Assembly: GCA_030390025.1 (NCBI GenBank)
Contig: JASTWF010000349.1
Location: 372,001-436,000, forward strand
From: Squalus acanthias
Lineage: Eukaryota
Length of the DNA: 64,000 nucleotides
Direction of reading: 5' to 3'
Part shown: positions 1 to 12,047 of the stretch, one piece after another
How positions within the stretch are numbered: position 1 is the stretch's first letter
Layout of the letters: every line of letters begins with the position of its first letter
The notes under the pieces: model-generated
Databases searched by the model: none
What the model was told of the DNA's origin: nothing
Seen by the model: only the letters and a program-made list of their open reading frames with translations
Program-made: the position numbers and the translations under genes

Positions 1-512
1 AGGCACAAGTAAGGAGTGTGATGGAATACTCTCCACTTGCCTGGATGAGTGCAGCTCCAACAACACTCAAGAAGCTCGACACCATCCAGGACAAAGCAGC
101 CCGCTTGATTGGCACCCCATCCACCACCTTAAACATTCACTCCCTCCACCACCGGTGTACCGTGGCTGCAGTGTGTACCATCTACAAGATGCACTGCAGC
201 AACTCCCAAACCCGCGACCTCTTCCACCTAGAAGGACAAGGGCAGCAGGCACATGGTAACATCACCACCTCCAAGTTCCCCTCCAAGTCACACACCGTCC
301 TGACTTAGAAGTATATCGCCGATCCTTCATCGTCACTGGGTGAAAATCCTGGAACTCCCTACCTAACAGCACTGTGGGAGTACCATCACCACACAGACTG
401 CAGCGGTTCAAGAAGGCGGCTCACCACCACCTTCTCAAGGGCAACTAGGGATGGGCAATAAATGCTGGCCTTGCCAGCGACGCCCACATCCCATGAATAC
501 ATTTTTTTTTAA
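1..512 (+). mobile_element. 3' end of CR1-group LINE (family B): RT C-terminal region plus 3' UTR
   Basis: ORF 18-308 (MEYSPLAWMSAAPTTLKKLDTIQDKAARLIG) is a LINE RT C-terminus. The 3' end ...CTCAAGGGCAACTAGGGATGGGCAATAAATGCTGGCCTTGCCAGCGAC recurs near 26323, near 43755 and reversed near 47225-47275. Confidence 0.85.
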
Positions 513-513
513 A

Positions 514-1018
514 GTACTGCCCCTCCAACAGTGCAGCACTCCCTCAGTACTGCCCCTCTGACAGTGCAGCGTTCCCTCAGTACTGCCCCTCCAACAGTGC
601 AGCGCTCCTTCAGTACTGCCCGTCTGTGCAGCGGCCCGCTCAGTACTGCCCCTCTGAATGTGCAGCGCTCCCTCAGTACTGCCCCTCTGAATATGCAGCG
701 GCCCTCTCAGTACTGCCCCTCTGAATGTGCAGCGGCCCCCTCAGTACTGCCCCTCTGAATGTGCAGTGGCCCCCTCAGTACTGCCCCTCTGAATGTGCAG
801 CGGCCCCCTCAGTACTGCCCCTCTGAATGTGCAGCGGCCCCCTCAGTACTGCCCCTCTGAATGTGCAGCGGCCCGCTCAGTACTGCCCCTCTGAATGTGC
901 AGCGGCCCCCTCAGTACTGCCCCTCTGAATGTGCAGCGGCCCCCTCAGTACTGCCCCTCTGAATGTGCAGCGGCCCCCTCAGTACTGCCCCTCAATGTGC
1001 AGCGGCCCCCTCAGTACT
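514..1018. repeat. 34-bp minisatellite, about 15 copies (CAGTACTGCCCCTCTGAATGTGCAGCGGCCCCCT)
   Basis: Direct periodicity (TCAGTA at 741 and 775). It abuts a SINE head, and one unit occurs inside the SINE copy at 47353-47487. Confidence 0.95.
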
Positions 1019-1126
1019 GTATTGAAGTGCCAGCCTGGATTCTGGACTCAAGCCTCTGGAGTGGGACTTGAATCCACAACCTGCTGACTCGGGGCGAGAG
1101 CGCTACCACTGAGCCACGGCTGACAC
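1019..1126 (-). mobile_element. tRNA-derived SINE head (Deu-domain/SacSINE1-like)
   Basis: The minus strand has an A-box TGGCTCAGTGG and a B-box-like GGATTCAAGTCC, and there is a homologue at 47353-47487. The family name is from recall. Confidence 0.75.
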
Positions 1127-1355
1127 TAAGAATAGAAACTTGCCAAGCAATGACGCGACTGCAAAAGGTGTCATTTGATTTTACAACCAGATAGTGTGAG
1201 GAAGAGCAGTTTCGCCAGACCGTACATGTAGTGTGTCTACTGCAGCCCTCCTTGTAACAGGCGCTCTCAATGTAATGCAGGGTGGCTCTGTGTAACCTCT
1301 TGAAACTTGGGAGATGTTGACTTTGGCTGAATTTGATCTCTTGTTTTCTTCAAAG

Positions 1356-1419
1356 GCACAGAGGTTTGAGAGTGAGCAGGAGAAGGCAGCAGAGAGAGCA
1401 ACTCGAGGAGGGCTTCAAG
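1356..1419 (+). other. Candidate 64-nt internal exon of the host gene (possibly CELF1 5' UTR exon)
   Basis: Pyrimidine tract plus acceptor TCTCTTGTTTTCTTCAAAG|G, strong donor CAAG|GTAAGC, purine-rich body, in unique sequence. Two frames are open (AQRFESEQEKAAERATRGGLQ / HRGLRVSRRRQQREQLEEGFK) but I recognise neither. Confidence 0.55.
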
Positions 1420-1910
1420 GTAAGCGTTCTTAAAATATGTTTCCATGGCTGGTGCGGAGGCTGGTGTCAGATTACCTGTTGACTGCTGTCCAGTGTGGAT
1501 TTGTACTGAGAGGTTTTTGACCCTGGCTTCAATGGAGATTAATGGATACAGTTTGTACTAGGAACACTTTTTTAAAGCTTCCAACAGCAGCCTTGTATTA
1601 AAGGATGAGGGCAGCGTGTGCAATTGGCACAAAGTTACTTCTAACATACGGTGGAGATAGAGAACCGGAACCGCTTTCCACATTGCTTTGGCCTCTAAAA
1701 GCGTAACTGTCTGACGCTAAACATTGCAACCCCATCTTGCGTCCTTTGGAGTTCAGTTCTTGCATTCTTGCAGACTCTTCCTTTATCACTTAAGGGAGAG
1801 ACTCTGAGCCAAAGGTCTGCAGCCACCTGGGGTAGTTGCATGACTGGTTGTCAGAGCTCTTCGACAAAGGAGCTCCATCAGGTCATGTGCAATCATTTCA
1901 CTCTTGTGGG

Positions 1911-2259
1911 GTGTGATATCCTAGAGTACTAGTTCTTTTATGGGTTGGGTCAGTTACCGTGAGATCCTGGAGTACTAGTTCCTTGATGGATTGGTTTTGG
2001 TTTAGTTACTGTGTGAGATCCTGGAGTATGAGTTCCTTTATGGGTTGGGTCAATTACCGTGAGATCCTGGAGTACTCGTTCCTTGCTAGATTGGTGTTGG
2101 GTCAGTTACCGTATGAGATGGAGTACTCATTCCTTGATGTGATGAGTCAGTTACCGCATGAGATCCTGAAGTACTAGTTCCTTGATGTGTTGGGTCCGTT
2201 ACTGTGTGTGATCCTGGAGTACTCGTTTCTTGATCGGTTGGTGTTGGTTTAGTTACTGT
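1911..2259. repeat. Degenerate 45-54-bp minisatellite (GAGATCCTGGAGTACTAGTTCCTTGAT...GGTCAGTTACC), continued at 4755-4790 and 26405-26489
   Basis: The core motif recurs at 1961, 2015, 2061, 2115, 2160 and 2208, and the same unit resumes after the insertions. Confidence 0.9.
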
Positions 2260-4754
2260 AAGGAAGGCTATTAGCTCTGATGATGTGGAATCTCTATGGG
2301 TAGAACTGAGAAATACTAAGGGGCAGAAAACGCTAGTGGGAGTGGTGTATAGACCCCCAAACAGTAATACGGAGGTTGGGGATGGCATTAAAAGGGAAAT
2401 TAGAGACGCGTGCAATAAGAGCACAGCAGTTATGGGCGACTTTAATCTACATATAGATTGGGCGAACCAAATTAGTAACAATACTGTGGAGGAGGAATTC
2501 CTGGAGTGTATACGGGATGGTTTCCTGGACCAATATGTCGAGGAACCAACTAGAGATCAGGCCATCTTAGACTGGGTATTATGAATGAGAAAGGATTAAT
2601 TAGCAATCTTGTTGTGCGAGGCCCCTTGGGTCGGAGCGATCATAATATGATAGAATTCTTCATTAAGATGGAGAGTGAAGTAGTTGACTCAGAGACTAGG
2701 GTCCTGAATTTAAATAAAGGAAACTACGATGGTATGAGGCACGAGTTGGGTAGGATTGATTGGGGAATGTCACTCAAAGGGTTGACGGTGGATAGGCAAT
2801 GGCAAACATTCAAAGATCGCATGAATGAACTACAGAATTTGTTCATCCCAGTTTGGCATAAAAATAAAACAAAAAAGGTGACTCAACCGTGGCTAACAAA
2901 GGAAATTAGGGATAGCATAAGATCCAAGGAGAGGGCATATAAATTGGCCAGAAAAAGCAGAAAACCTGAGGATTGGGAGCAGTATAGGATTCAGCAAAGA
3001 AGGACAAAGGGATTAATTAAGAGGGGGAAAATAGAGTATGAGAGTAAGGAGGACACAAATAACCTCCCAGAGATGTCGGGGAACATAGGGTCTAATGAGA
3101 GGGAGGAACTGAAAGAAATCAGTATTTGTAGGGAAATAGTGTTAGGGAAATTGATGGGATTGAAGGCCGATAAATCCCCAGGGCCTGATAATCTACATCC
3201 TAGGGTACTTAAGGAAGTGGTCCTAGAAATAGTAGATGCATTGCTGGTCATCTTTCAAAATTCTATAGACTCTGGAACAGTACCCATGGATTGGAGGGTA
3301 GCTAATGTTACCCAACTATTCAAAAAAGGTGGTAGAGAGAAAATGGGGAATTATAGACCGGTAAGCCTGACATCGGTAGTGGGGAAAATGCTAGAGTCCA
3401 TTATAAAAGATGTAATAGCAGAGCACTTGGAAAACAGTGACAGGATCGGACAAAGTCAACATGAATTTACAAAAGGTAAATCGTGCTTGACTAATCTACT
3501 GGAATTTTTTGAGGATGTAACTGGTAAAATAGATAAGGGAGAACCAGTGGATGTGGTGCATTTGGACTTTCAGAAGGCTTTCGATAAGGTCCCGCATAAG
3601 AGATTAGCGTGTAAAGTTAAGGCACATGGGATTGGGGGCAAGGTATTGACTTGGATAGAGAACTGGTTGGCAGACAGAAAGCAAAGAGTTGGAATAAATG
3701 GGTCTCTTTCCGAGTGGCAGGCAGTGACTAGTGGGGTACCGCAGGGATCGGTCCTAGGACCCCAGCTATTCACAATATATATTAATGATCTAGACGAGGG
3801 AATTGGATGTAATATCTCCAAGTTTGCAGACGACACAAAGCTGGGTGGGAGTGTGTGCCGTGAGGAGGATGCCGAGAAACTCCAGTATGATTTGGACAGG
3901 TTGGGTGATTGGGCAGAAGCATGGCAGATGCTATATAATGTGGATAAATGCGAGGTTATCCACTTTGGTGTCAAAAACAGGAAGGCAGATTATTATCTGA
4001 ATGGCAATAGATTGGGAGAAGGGGAAGTGCAACGAGACCTGGGTGTCCTTGTGCACCAGTCGCTGAAGGTAAGCATGCAGGTGCAGCAGGCGGTTAAGAA
4101 GGCAAATGGTATGTTGGCCTTCGTAGCGAAAGGGTTCGAGTACAGGAACAAGGATGTCTTGCTGCAGTTGTACAGGGCCTTGGTGAGACAACATCTTGAG
4201 TATTGTGTGCAGTTTTGGTCGCCTTATCTGAGGAAGGATGTTCTTGACATGGAGGGAGTGCAGCGAAGATTCACCAGGCTGATACCTGGGATGGCAGGAA
4301 TGACATATGAGGCGAGATTGGGTCGATTGGGCTTATACTCGCTGGAGTTTAGAAGAATGAGAGGGGATCTCATTGAAACTTATAAAATTCCAATAGGACT
4401 AGACAGACTAGATGCAGGAAGGATGTTCCCGATGGCGGGGGAGTCCAGAACCAGGGGTCACAGTCTAAGGATAAGGGGTAAGCCATTTAGGACAGAAATG
4501 AGGAGGAATTTCTTCACCCAGAGAGTGGTGAACCTGTGGAATTCTCTACCACAGAAGGCAGTTGAGGCCAATTCATTAAATATATTCAAGAAGGAGTTAG
4601 ATATATTTCTTAAGGCTAAAGGGATCAAGGGATATGGGGAGAAGGCAGGGACAGGGTACTGAGTTTGGATGATCAGCCATGATCTCATTGAATGGCGGAG
4701 CAGGCTCGAGGGGCCGAATGGCCTACTCCTGCTCCTATCTTCTATGTTTCTATG
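2260..4754 (+). mobile_element. 5'-truncated CR1 LINE (family A): partial APE endonuclease plus RT, (TTCTATGT)n-type tail, TSD TACTGT
   Basis: ORFs 2285-2584 (VYRPPN, GDFN) and 2581-4662 ([23 protein letters not shown]). TACTGT lies at 2254-2259 and 4755-4760. A 171-nt in-frame deletion is present relative to the copy at 33344-33514. Confidence 0.95.
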
Positions 4755-5104
4755 TACTGTGTGAGATCCTGGAGTACTCGTTCCTTGATTTATGGTAAAA
4801 TAGTGGTTATGTTACTGGACTAATGATCCGGAGACATGAGTTTAAATCTCACTAAAGCAGTTTGTGAATTTGAATTCAATTACTGGAATAAATCTGGAGT
4901 AAAAAGCTAGTATCAGTAATGGTGACTATGAAACTACTGGATTGTCGTAAAAACCCATCTGGTTCACTCATGTCCTTTCGGGAAGGAAATCTGCCGTCCT
5001 TATCCGGTCTGGCCAATATGTGACTCCAGACCCACAGCAATGTGGTTGACTCTTAACTGCCCACTCTGTTGTATCAAACCACTACAAAAAAGTACAATAG
5101 GAGT

Positions 5105-8100
5105 AAAAAAAGAGCATGTATTAGGCACTAGTTTGTTTGAGCACGGAGCTTTGAGCACGCAAACGGAGTGGAGGAATTTTGTGAGCGCAGGAATTTGGTG
5201 GAGAGGCAGAAGGCAGTGGAGGTGTCTGACTGAAAAGGTGGCGTGGAGCCACAGAACCCAATGTCTCTAAGTTAATAGACACGAGAGTGAACCTGCGGGA
5301 GAGCGAGAGGAGTGGCTGCAGTTAAAGGCAGGCCCAAGGGCTCGGAGGGAGTGAGGTAAATGACGTCAGCGCAAGGCAAGGAGCTGATTGGTGAGTAGTT
5401 GTTTTTTTTTAAGTCTTAAGTTTATTTCTGTTAAGTTACTTAATAGTCTATTAAGTAGAGGCATGGCAGGCACCTCCATCCCATGGAATGCACATCTTGT
5501 GCCCTGTAGGGACTCCAGGACGTGTGCAGGAAGTGTCGTCAGCTGGAGGAGCTCAAGCTCCAGACATCCGTGAGGCTGAGAGCTACGTGGATAGCACGTT
5601 TCAGGAGGTGGTCACCCCGCAGTATAAGAGTGTGCAGGCAAGGAGGACCAGGCAGGTAGTGCAGGAGTCCCCTGAGTGCATCTCGGGGCGATGGTTCCTC
5701 TGGGGAGTACAGCCAGAGCCAAGTCCATGGCACCACGGGTGGCTCAACTGTACGGGGGGGGAGGAGGAAGATTGGGAAAGCAATAGTGATCGGAGATTCG
5801 ATAGTTAGGGGAACAGACAGGCGTTTCTGCGGCTGAAAATGTGATTCGAGGATAGTATGTTGCTTCCCTGGTGCCAGGATCAAGGATGTCACTGAGTGGC
5901 TGCAGAACATTGAGGGTGGAGGGTAAACAGCCAGAGGTTGTGGTCCATATCGGTATGAACAACTTAGGTAGAAAGAGGGATGAGGTCCTGCAGGCAGATT
6001 TTAGGGAGCTAGGAAAGAGATTAAAAAGCAGGACCTCAAAAGTAGTAATCTCAGGATTACTCCCAGTGCCACAAGCTAGTGAGTATAGAAATAGGAGGAT
6101 AGAGCAGATGAATGCGTGGCTGGAGAGATGGTGCAGGAGGGAGGGCTTCAGATTCCTGTGACATTGGGACCGGTTCTGGGGGAGGTGGGACCTGTACAGG
6201 CCGGCTGGGTTGCACCTCAACAGAGCTGGGACCAATGTCCTCGTGTGGGGGGGCGGGGGGGTTGCTCGTGCTGTTGGGGAGGCTTTAAACTAACTTGGCA
6301 GGGGGATGGGCACCAGGATGTAGCATTAGAAAGGAGAAACAAGGTGCGCAAAGGATTGGGAGAGACAGATAGCACTAGAATAATAAATACTATGGTATTA
6401 GGTGGGGTCAGAATAAGAGAGAATACAAGAAGGTCTAAGATAGCTTTACAGTGCATCTGTGTGAATGCACAAAGTGTGGTAAATAAGGTTGGTGAGCTGC
6501 AGGCGCAAATAGACACATGGGAATATGATGATGTGGCTATAACGGAGACCTGGCTCAAAAAAGGGCAGGATTGGGTACTAAATATTCCTGGATGGATATA
6601 AGGTGTTCAGGAAAGATAGGAGGTGGGGTGGCAGTATTGATTAAGGAGAATATTACGGTGCTGGAGAGAGAGGATGTCCTGGAGGGGTCAAGGACAGAAT
6701 CTATTTGGTTAGAGTTGAGAACAATAGATGTGCTATTACACTACTAGGTGTGTTCTATAGGCCACCAACTAGTGGGAAGGATATAGAGGAGCAAATTTGC
6801 AGGGAAATTACAGAGAGGTACAAGAACTATAGAGTAGTGATAATGGGGGGCTTCAGCTATCCTAATATAGACTGGGCTAGTACTAGTGTAAAGGGCAGAG
6901 AGGGGGAAGAATTTCTGAAGTGTGTTCAGGAGAACTTTCTTGATCAGTACGTTTCAGGCCCAACGAGGAAGGAGGCATTACTGGATCTGGTTCTGGGAAA
7001 TGAGGTGGGTCAAATGGAGCAAGTGTCAGTAGGTGAACATTTAGGGAACAGTGATCACAGTATCATAAGGTTTAGACTAGCTATGGAAAAGGACAGGGAG
7101 CAATCTAGAGTAAAAAATACTTAATTGGAGGAAAGCCAATTTCAGTGGGTTGCGAATGAATCTGGCCTGGGTAAATTGGAATCAAAGATTGGCAGGCAAA
7201 ACTGTAATTGAACAAATGGGCTGCCTTTAAAGAGGAGATGGTTCGGGTACAGCCGAGGTACATTCCCACAAGGGGGAAAGGTAGGCCAGCCAAAGCCAGA
7301 GCCCCCTGGATGACAAAAGAGATAGAGTAAGATGAAGCAGAAAAAGGGCGCGTATGACAGACGTCAGGTTGAGAATACAAGTGAGAACCAGGCTGAATAT
7401 AGAAAGTTCAGAGGGGGAGTGAAAAAGGAAATGAGAGGAGCAAAGAGAGAGTATGAGAATAGATTGACAGCTAACATAAAAGGGAATCCAAAAGTCTTCT
7501 ATAGGCATATAAATAGTAAACAGGTAGTAAGAGGAGGGGTGGGGCCGATTAGGGACCAAAATGGAGACCTGCGCATGGAGGCAGAGGGCATGGTTGAGGT
7601 ACTAAATAAGTACTTTGCATCTGTCTTTACCAAGGAAGAAGATACTGCCAAAGTCATAGTGAAAGAGGAGGTAGTTGAGATACTGGATGGGATAAAAATT
7701 GATGAGGTACTAGAAAGGCTGGCTGTACTTAAAGTAGATAAGTCACCAGGAACAGATGGGATGCACCCTAAGATGTTGAGGGAAGTAAAGGTGGAAATTG
7801 CGGAGGTACTGGCCATGATCTTCCAATCCTCCTTGGATACGGGGCTGGTGCCACAGGACTGGAGAATTGCAAATAAACCCAGCAACTATAGGCCAATCAG
7901 CTTAACCTCGGTAGTGGGGAAGCTTTTAGAAACGATAATCCGGGACAAAATTAACAGTCACTTGGGCAAGCATGGATTAATTAAAGAAAGCCAGCATGGA
8001 TTTGTTAAAGGCAAATCGTGTTTAACTAACTTGATTGAATTTTTTGATGAGGTAACAGAGAGGGTTGATGTGGTGTACATGGACTTCCAAAAGGCATTTG

Positions 8101-9997
8101 ATAACGTGCCACATAATAGGCTTTCCAGCAAAGTTGAAGCCCATGGAATAGAAGGGTCAGTGGCATGGATACAAAATTGGCTAAGTGACAGGAAACAGAG
8201 AGTAGTGATGAACGGTTGTTTTTCGGACTGGAGGAAGGTATACAGTGGTGTTCCCCAGGGACCACTACTTTTCTTGATATATTAATGACTTAGACTTGGG
8301 TGTACAGGACACAATTTCAAAATCTGCAGATGACAAAAACTTGGAAGTATAGTGAACAGTGAGGAGGAGAGTGATGGACTTCAAGAGGACATAGACAGGC
8401 TGGTGAAATGGGTGGACACGTGGCAGATGAAATTTAACGCAGGAAAGTGCAAAGTGTTACATTTTGGTAGGAAGAACAAGGAGAGGCAACATAAACTAAA
8501 GGGTACAATTCTAAAGGGGGTGCATGAACAGAGCGACCTGGGGGTACATGTGCACAAATCGTTGAAGGTGGCAGGGCAGGTTGAGAAAGTGGTTAAAAAA
8601 GCATACGGGATCCTGGGCTTCATAAATAGAGGCATAGAGTACAAAAGCAAGGAAGTTATGATGAACCTTTATAAAATACTGGTTCGGCCTCAACTGCAGT
8701 ATTGTGTCCAATTCTGGGCACCGCACTTTAGGAAGAATGTGAAGGCCTTAGAGAGGGTGCAGAAAAGATTTACAAGAATGGTCCAGGGATGAGGGACTTC
8801 AGTTACGTGGGTAGACTGGAGAAGCTGGGGTTGTTCTCCTTAGAGCAAAGAAGGTTGAGAGGGGATTTGAGAGAGGTGTTCAAAATCATGAGGGGTCTGG
8901 ACAGAGTAGATAGAGAGAAACTGTTCCCATTGGCGGAAAGGTCGAGAACCAGAGGACACAGATTTAAAGTGATTGGCAGAAGAACCAAAGGTGACATGAG
9001 GAAAAACTTTTTTACGTAGCGAGTGGTTAGGATCTGGAATGGCAATAGATTGGGAGAAGGGGAAGTGCAACGAGACCTGGGTGTCCTTGTGCACCAGTCG
9101 CTGAAGGTAAGCATGCAGGTGCAGCAGGCGGTTAAGAAGGCAAATGGTATGTTGGCCTTTGTAGCGAGAGGGTTCGAGTACAGGAACAAGGATGTCTTGC
9201 TGCAGTTGTACAGGGCCTTGGTGAGACCACACCTTGAGTACTGTGTGCAGTTTTGGTCGCCTTATCTGAGGAAGGAGGTTCTTGCCATGGAAGCAATTCA
9301 GCGAAGATTCACCAGGCTGATACCTGGGATGGCAGGAATGACGTATGAGGAGAGATTGGGTCGATTGGGCTTATACTCGCTGGAGTTTAGAAGAATGAGA
9401 GGGGATCTCATTGAAACTTATAAAATTCTAACAGGACTAGACAGACTAGATGCAGGAAGGATGTTCCCGATGGTCGGGGAGTCCAGAACCAGGGGTCACA
9501 GTCTAAGGATAAGGGGTAAGCCATTTAGGACAGAAATGAGGAGGAATTTCTTCACCCAGAGGGTGGTGAACCTGTGGAATTCTCTACCACAGAAGGCAGT
9601 AGAGGCCAATTCATTAAATATATTCAAGAAGGAGTTGGATATATTTCTTAAGGCTAAAGGGATCAAGGGATATTGGGATAAAGCAGGGACAGGGTACTGA
9701 ATTTGGATGATCAGCCATGATCTCATTAAATGGCGGAGCAGGCTCGAGGGGCCGAATGGCCTACTCCTACTCCTGCTCCTATCTTCTAAGTTTCTATGAA
9801 TGCACTGCCTGGAAGGGTGGTAGAGGCAGATTCAATCGTGGCTTTCAAAAGGGAATTGGATAAGTACCTGAAGGAAGAAAAATTGCAGGGCTGCGGGGAA
9901 ATGGAGGGGGAGTGGGACTAGCTGAAGTGCTCTTGCAGAGAGTTGGCACAGGCTCAGTGGGCCGAATGGCATCCTTCTGTGCTGTAACCATTCTATG
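5105..9997 (+). mobile_element. Near full-length degenerate CR1 (family C): 5' UTR, esterase ORF1, endonuclease, RT
   Basis: ORF fragments 5871-6161 (VVVHIG.N, esterase), 6705-7124 (FYRPP), 7332-8285 (YMDFQKAFD) and 8352-9019; 3' end CTGTGCTGTAACCATTCTATG; many stops and frameshifts. Confidence 0.9.
9042..9797 (+). mobile_element. 5'-truncated family-A CR1 nested inside the family-C CR1, TSD GAATG
   Basis: Closely matches about 4003-4754. GAATG lies at 9037-9041 and 9798-9802, and the host CR1 resumes afterwards. Confidence 0.92.
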
Positions 9998-10376
9998 AAA
10001 ACCGGTGACTGCTTTTCAAAAGAGCCGGCACAGGCGTGCTGGACCGAATAGCCTCCTGTGCTGTAATTTTCTATGATTCTGCGACCACTTGGTATTGACC
10101 TAGGCATCAGATTCAGACTCGACAAAGGCACACCCAGCCCATTGGACCCTGTAAAGTCCTCCTCACTAACATCTGGGGACTTGTGCTGAAATTGGGAGAG
10201 CTGTCCCATAGACTAGTCAAGTCAAGACAGTCATACTCACAAAATCATACCTTTAAGCCAACATCCCAGACACTTCCATCACCATCCCTGGGTGTGTCCT
10301 GTCCCACCAGCAGGACAGACCTGCCAGAGATGTCGGCATAGTGGTATATAGCCGGGAGGGAGTGGCCCTGGGAGTC

Positions 10377-11550
10377 TGTTTGATGTAGTTTATATGCACT
10401 TTAGCAAGGCTTTTGATAAGGTTCCACATGGCGAGTTAAAAGCCCATGGGATCCAGGGCAAAGTGTCAAGTTGGATTCAAAACTGGAGACAGGAAGCAGA
10501 GAGTAATGGTTAATGGGTGTTTTTGTGACTGGAAGGCTGTTTCCAGTGGGGTTCCGCAGGGCTCAGTACTAGGTCCCTTCCTTTTTGTGGTATATATATC
10601 AATGATCTGGATTTGAATATAGGGGGTATGATTTAAGAAGTTTGCAGATGATAATAAAATCGGCTGTGTGGTTGATAACTGAAGAAGGAAGCTGTAGACT
10701 GCAGGAAGATATCAATAAATTGGTCAGGTGGGCAGAACAGTGGCAAATGGAATTCAATCCGGAGAAGTGTGAGGTAATGCATTTGGGGAGGGCTAAGAAG
10801 GAAAGGGAATACACATTAAATGGTAGGACACTGAATAGTGTAGAGGAACAAAGGGACCTTGGAGTGCATGTCCACAGATCCCTGAAGGTAGCAGGCCAGG
10901 TAGATAAGGTGGTTAAGAAGGCATACGGAATGCTTGCCTTTATTAGCCGTGGCATAGAATACAAGAGCAGGGGGGTTATGCTTCAACTGTATAAAACACT
11001 AGTTAGGCCTCAGCTAGAGTACTGTGTGCAGTTCTGGTCACCACATTACAGGAAGGATGTGATTGCACTAGAGAGGGTACAGAGGAGATTTACAAGGATG
11101 TTGCCGGGGGTAGAGAATCTTAGCTATGAGGAAAGACTGGATAGGCTGGGTCTGTTTCCCTTGGAACAGAGAAGGCTGAGGGGAGACCTTATTGAGGTGT
11201 ATAAAATTATGAGGGGCCTAGATAAAGTGGATAGAAAGGACCTATTTCCCTTAGCAGAGGGGTCAAAAACCAGGGGGCACAGATTTAAAGTAATTGGGGG
11301 AAGGTTTAGAGGGGATTTGAGGGGAAATTTCTTCACCCAGAGGGTTGTGGGGGTCTGGAACTCACTGCCTGAAAGGGTGGTAGAGGCAGGAACCCTAACC
11401 ACATTTAAAAAGTACTTGGATGTGCAGTTGGGATGCAGGGCTACGGACCAAGAGCTGGGAAGTGAGATTAGGCTGGCTAGCTATTTGTTGGCCGGTGCGG
11501 GCACGATGGGCCGAAATGGCCTCCTTCCGTGCTGTAACTTTCTATGATTC
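10377..11550 (+). mobile_element. 5'-truncated CR1 (family D), RT region
   Basis: ORF 10642-11547 (WQMEFNPEKC, RPQLEYCVQFWSP); tail TTCTATGATTC. It interrupts the family-B endonuclease at GGGAGTC|CTCAAC. Confidence 0.9.
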
Positions 11551-12047
11551 CTCAACCTAGACTCCGGACCCCATGAAGTCTCATGGCTTCAGGTCAAACA
11601 TGGGCAAGGAAACCGCCTACTGATTACCACCTATTACGCTCCTTCAGCTGATGAATCAGTACTCCTCCATGTTGAACACCAATTGGAAGAAGCACTGAGG
11701 GCAGCAAGGGCACAGAATGTACTTTGGGTGGGGGACTTCAATGTCCATCACCAAGAGGGGCTCAGTAACACTACAACTGACTGAGCAAGCTGAGTCCTGA
11801 AGGATATAGCTGCCAGTCTGGGCTTGCGGCAGGTGGTGAGAGAACCAACACGAGGGGAAAACCTACTTGACCTCGTCCTCTCCACTCTTACCTGTCGCAG
11901 ATGCATCTGTTCCTGACAGTATTGGCAGGAGTGATCCTTGTGGAGACAAAGCCCTGTCTTCACCCTCCATCGTGTTGTGTGGCACTACCCCCATGCTAAA
12001 TGGGATAGATTCAGAACAGATCTAGCAGCTCAAAACTGGGCATCCAT

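Noticed and set aside
2581..4662. 693-aa ORF as a functional or domesticated RT
   Set aside because: 5'-truncated CR1 with a frameshift in the endonuclease, a 57-codon deletion and changes at conserved sites (QHEF, RQHLEY).
9023..9700. 225-aa ORF as a novel fusion gene
   Set aside because: Chance in-frame junction created by one CR1 nested in another.
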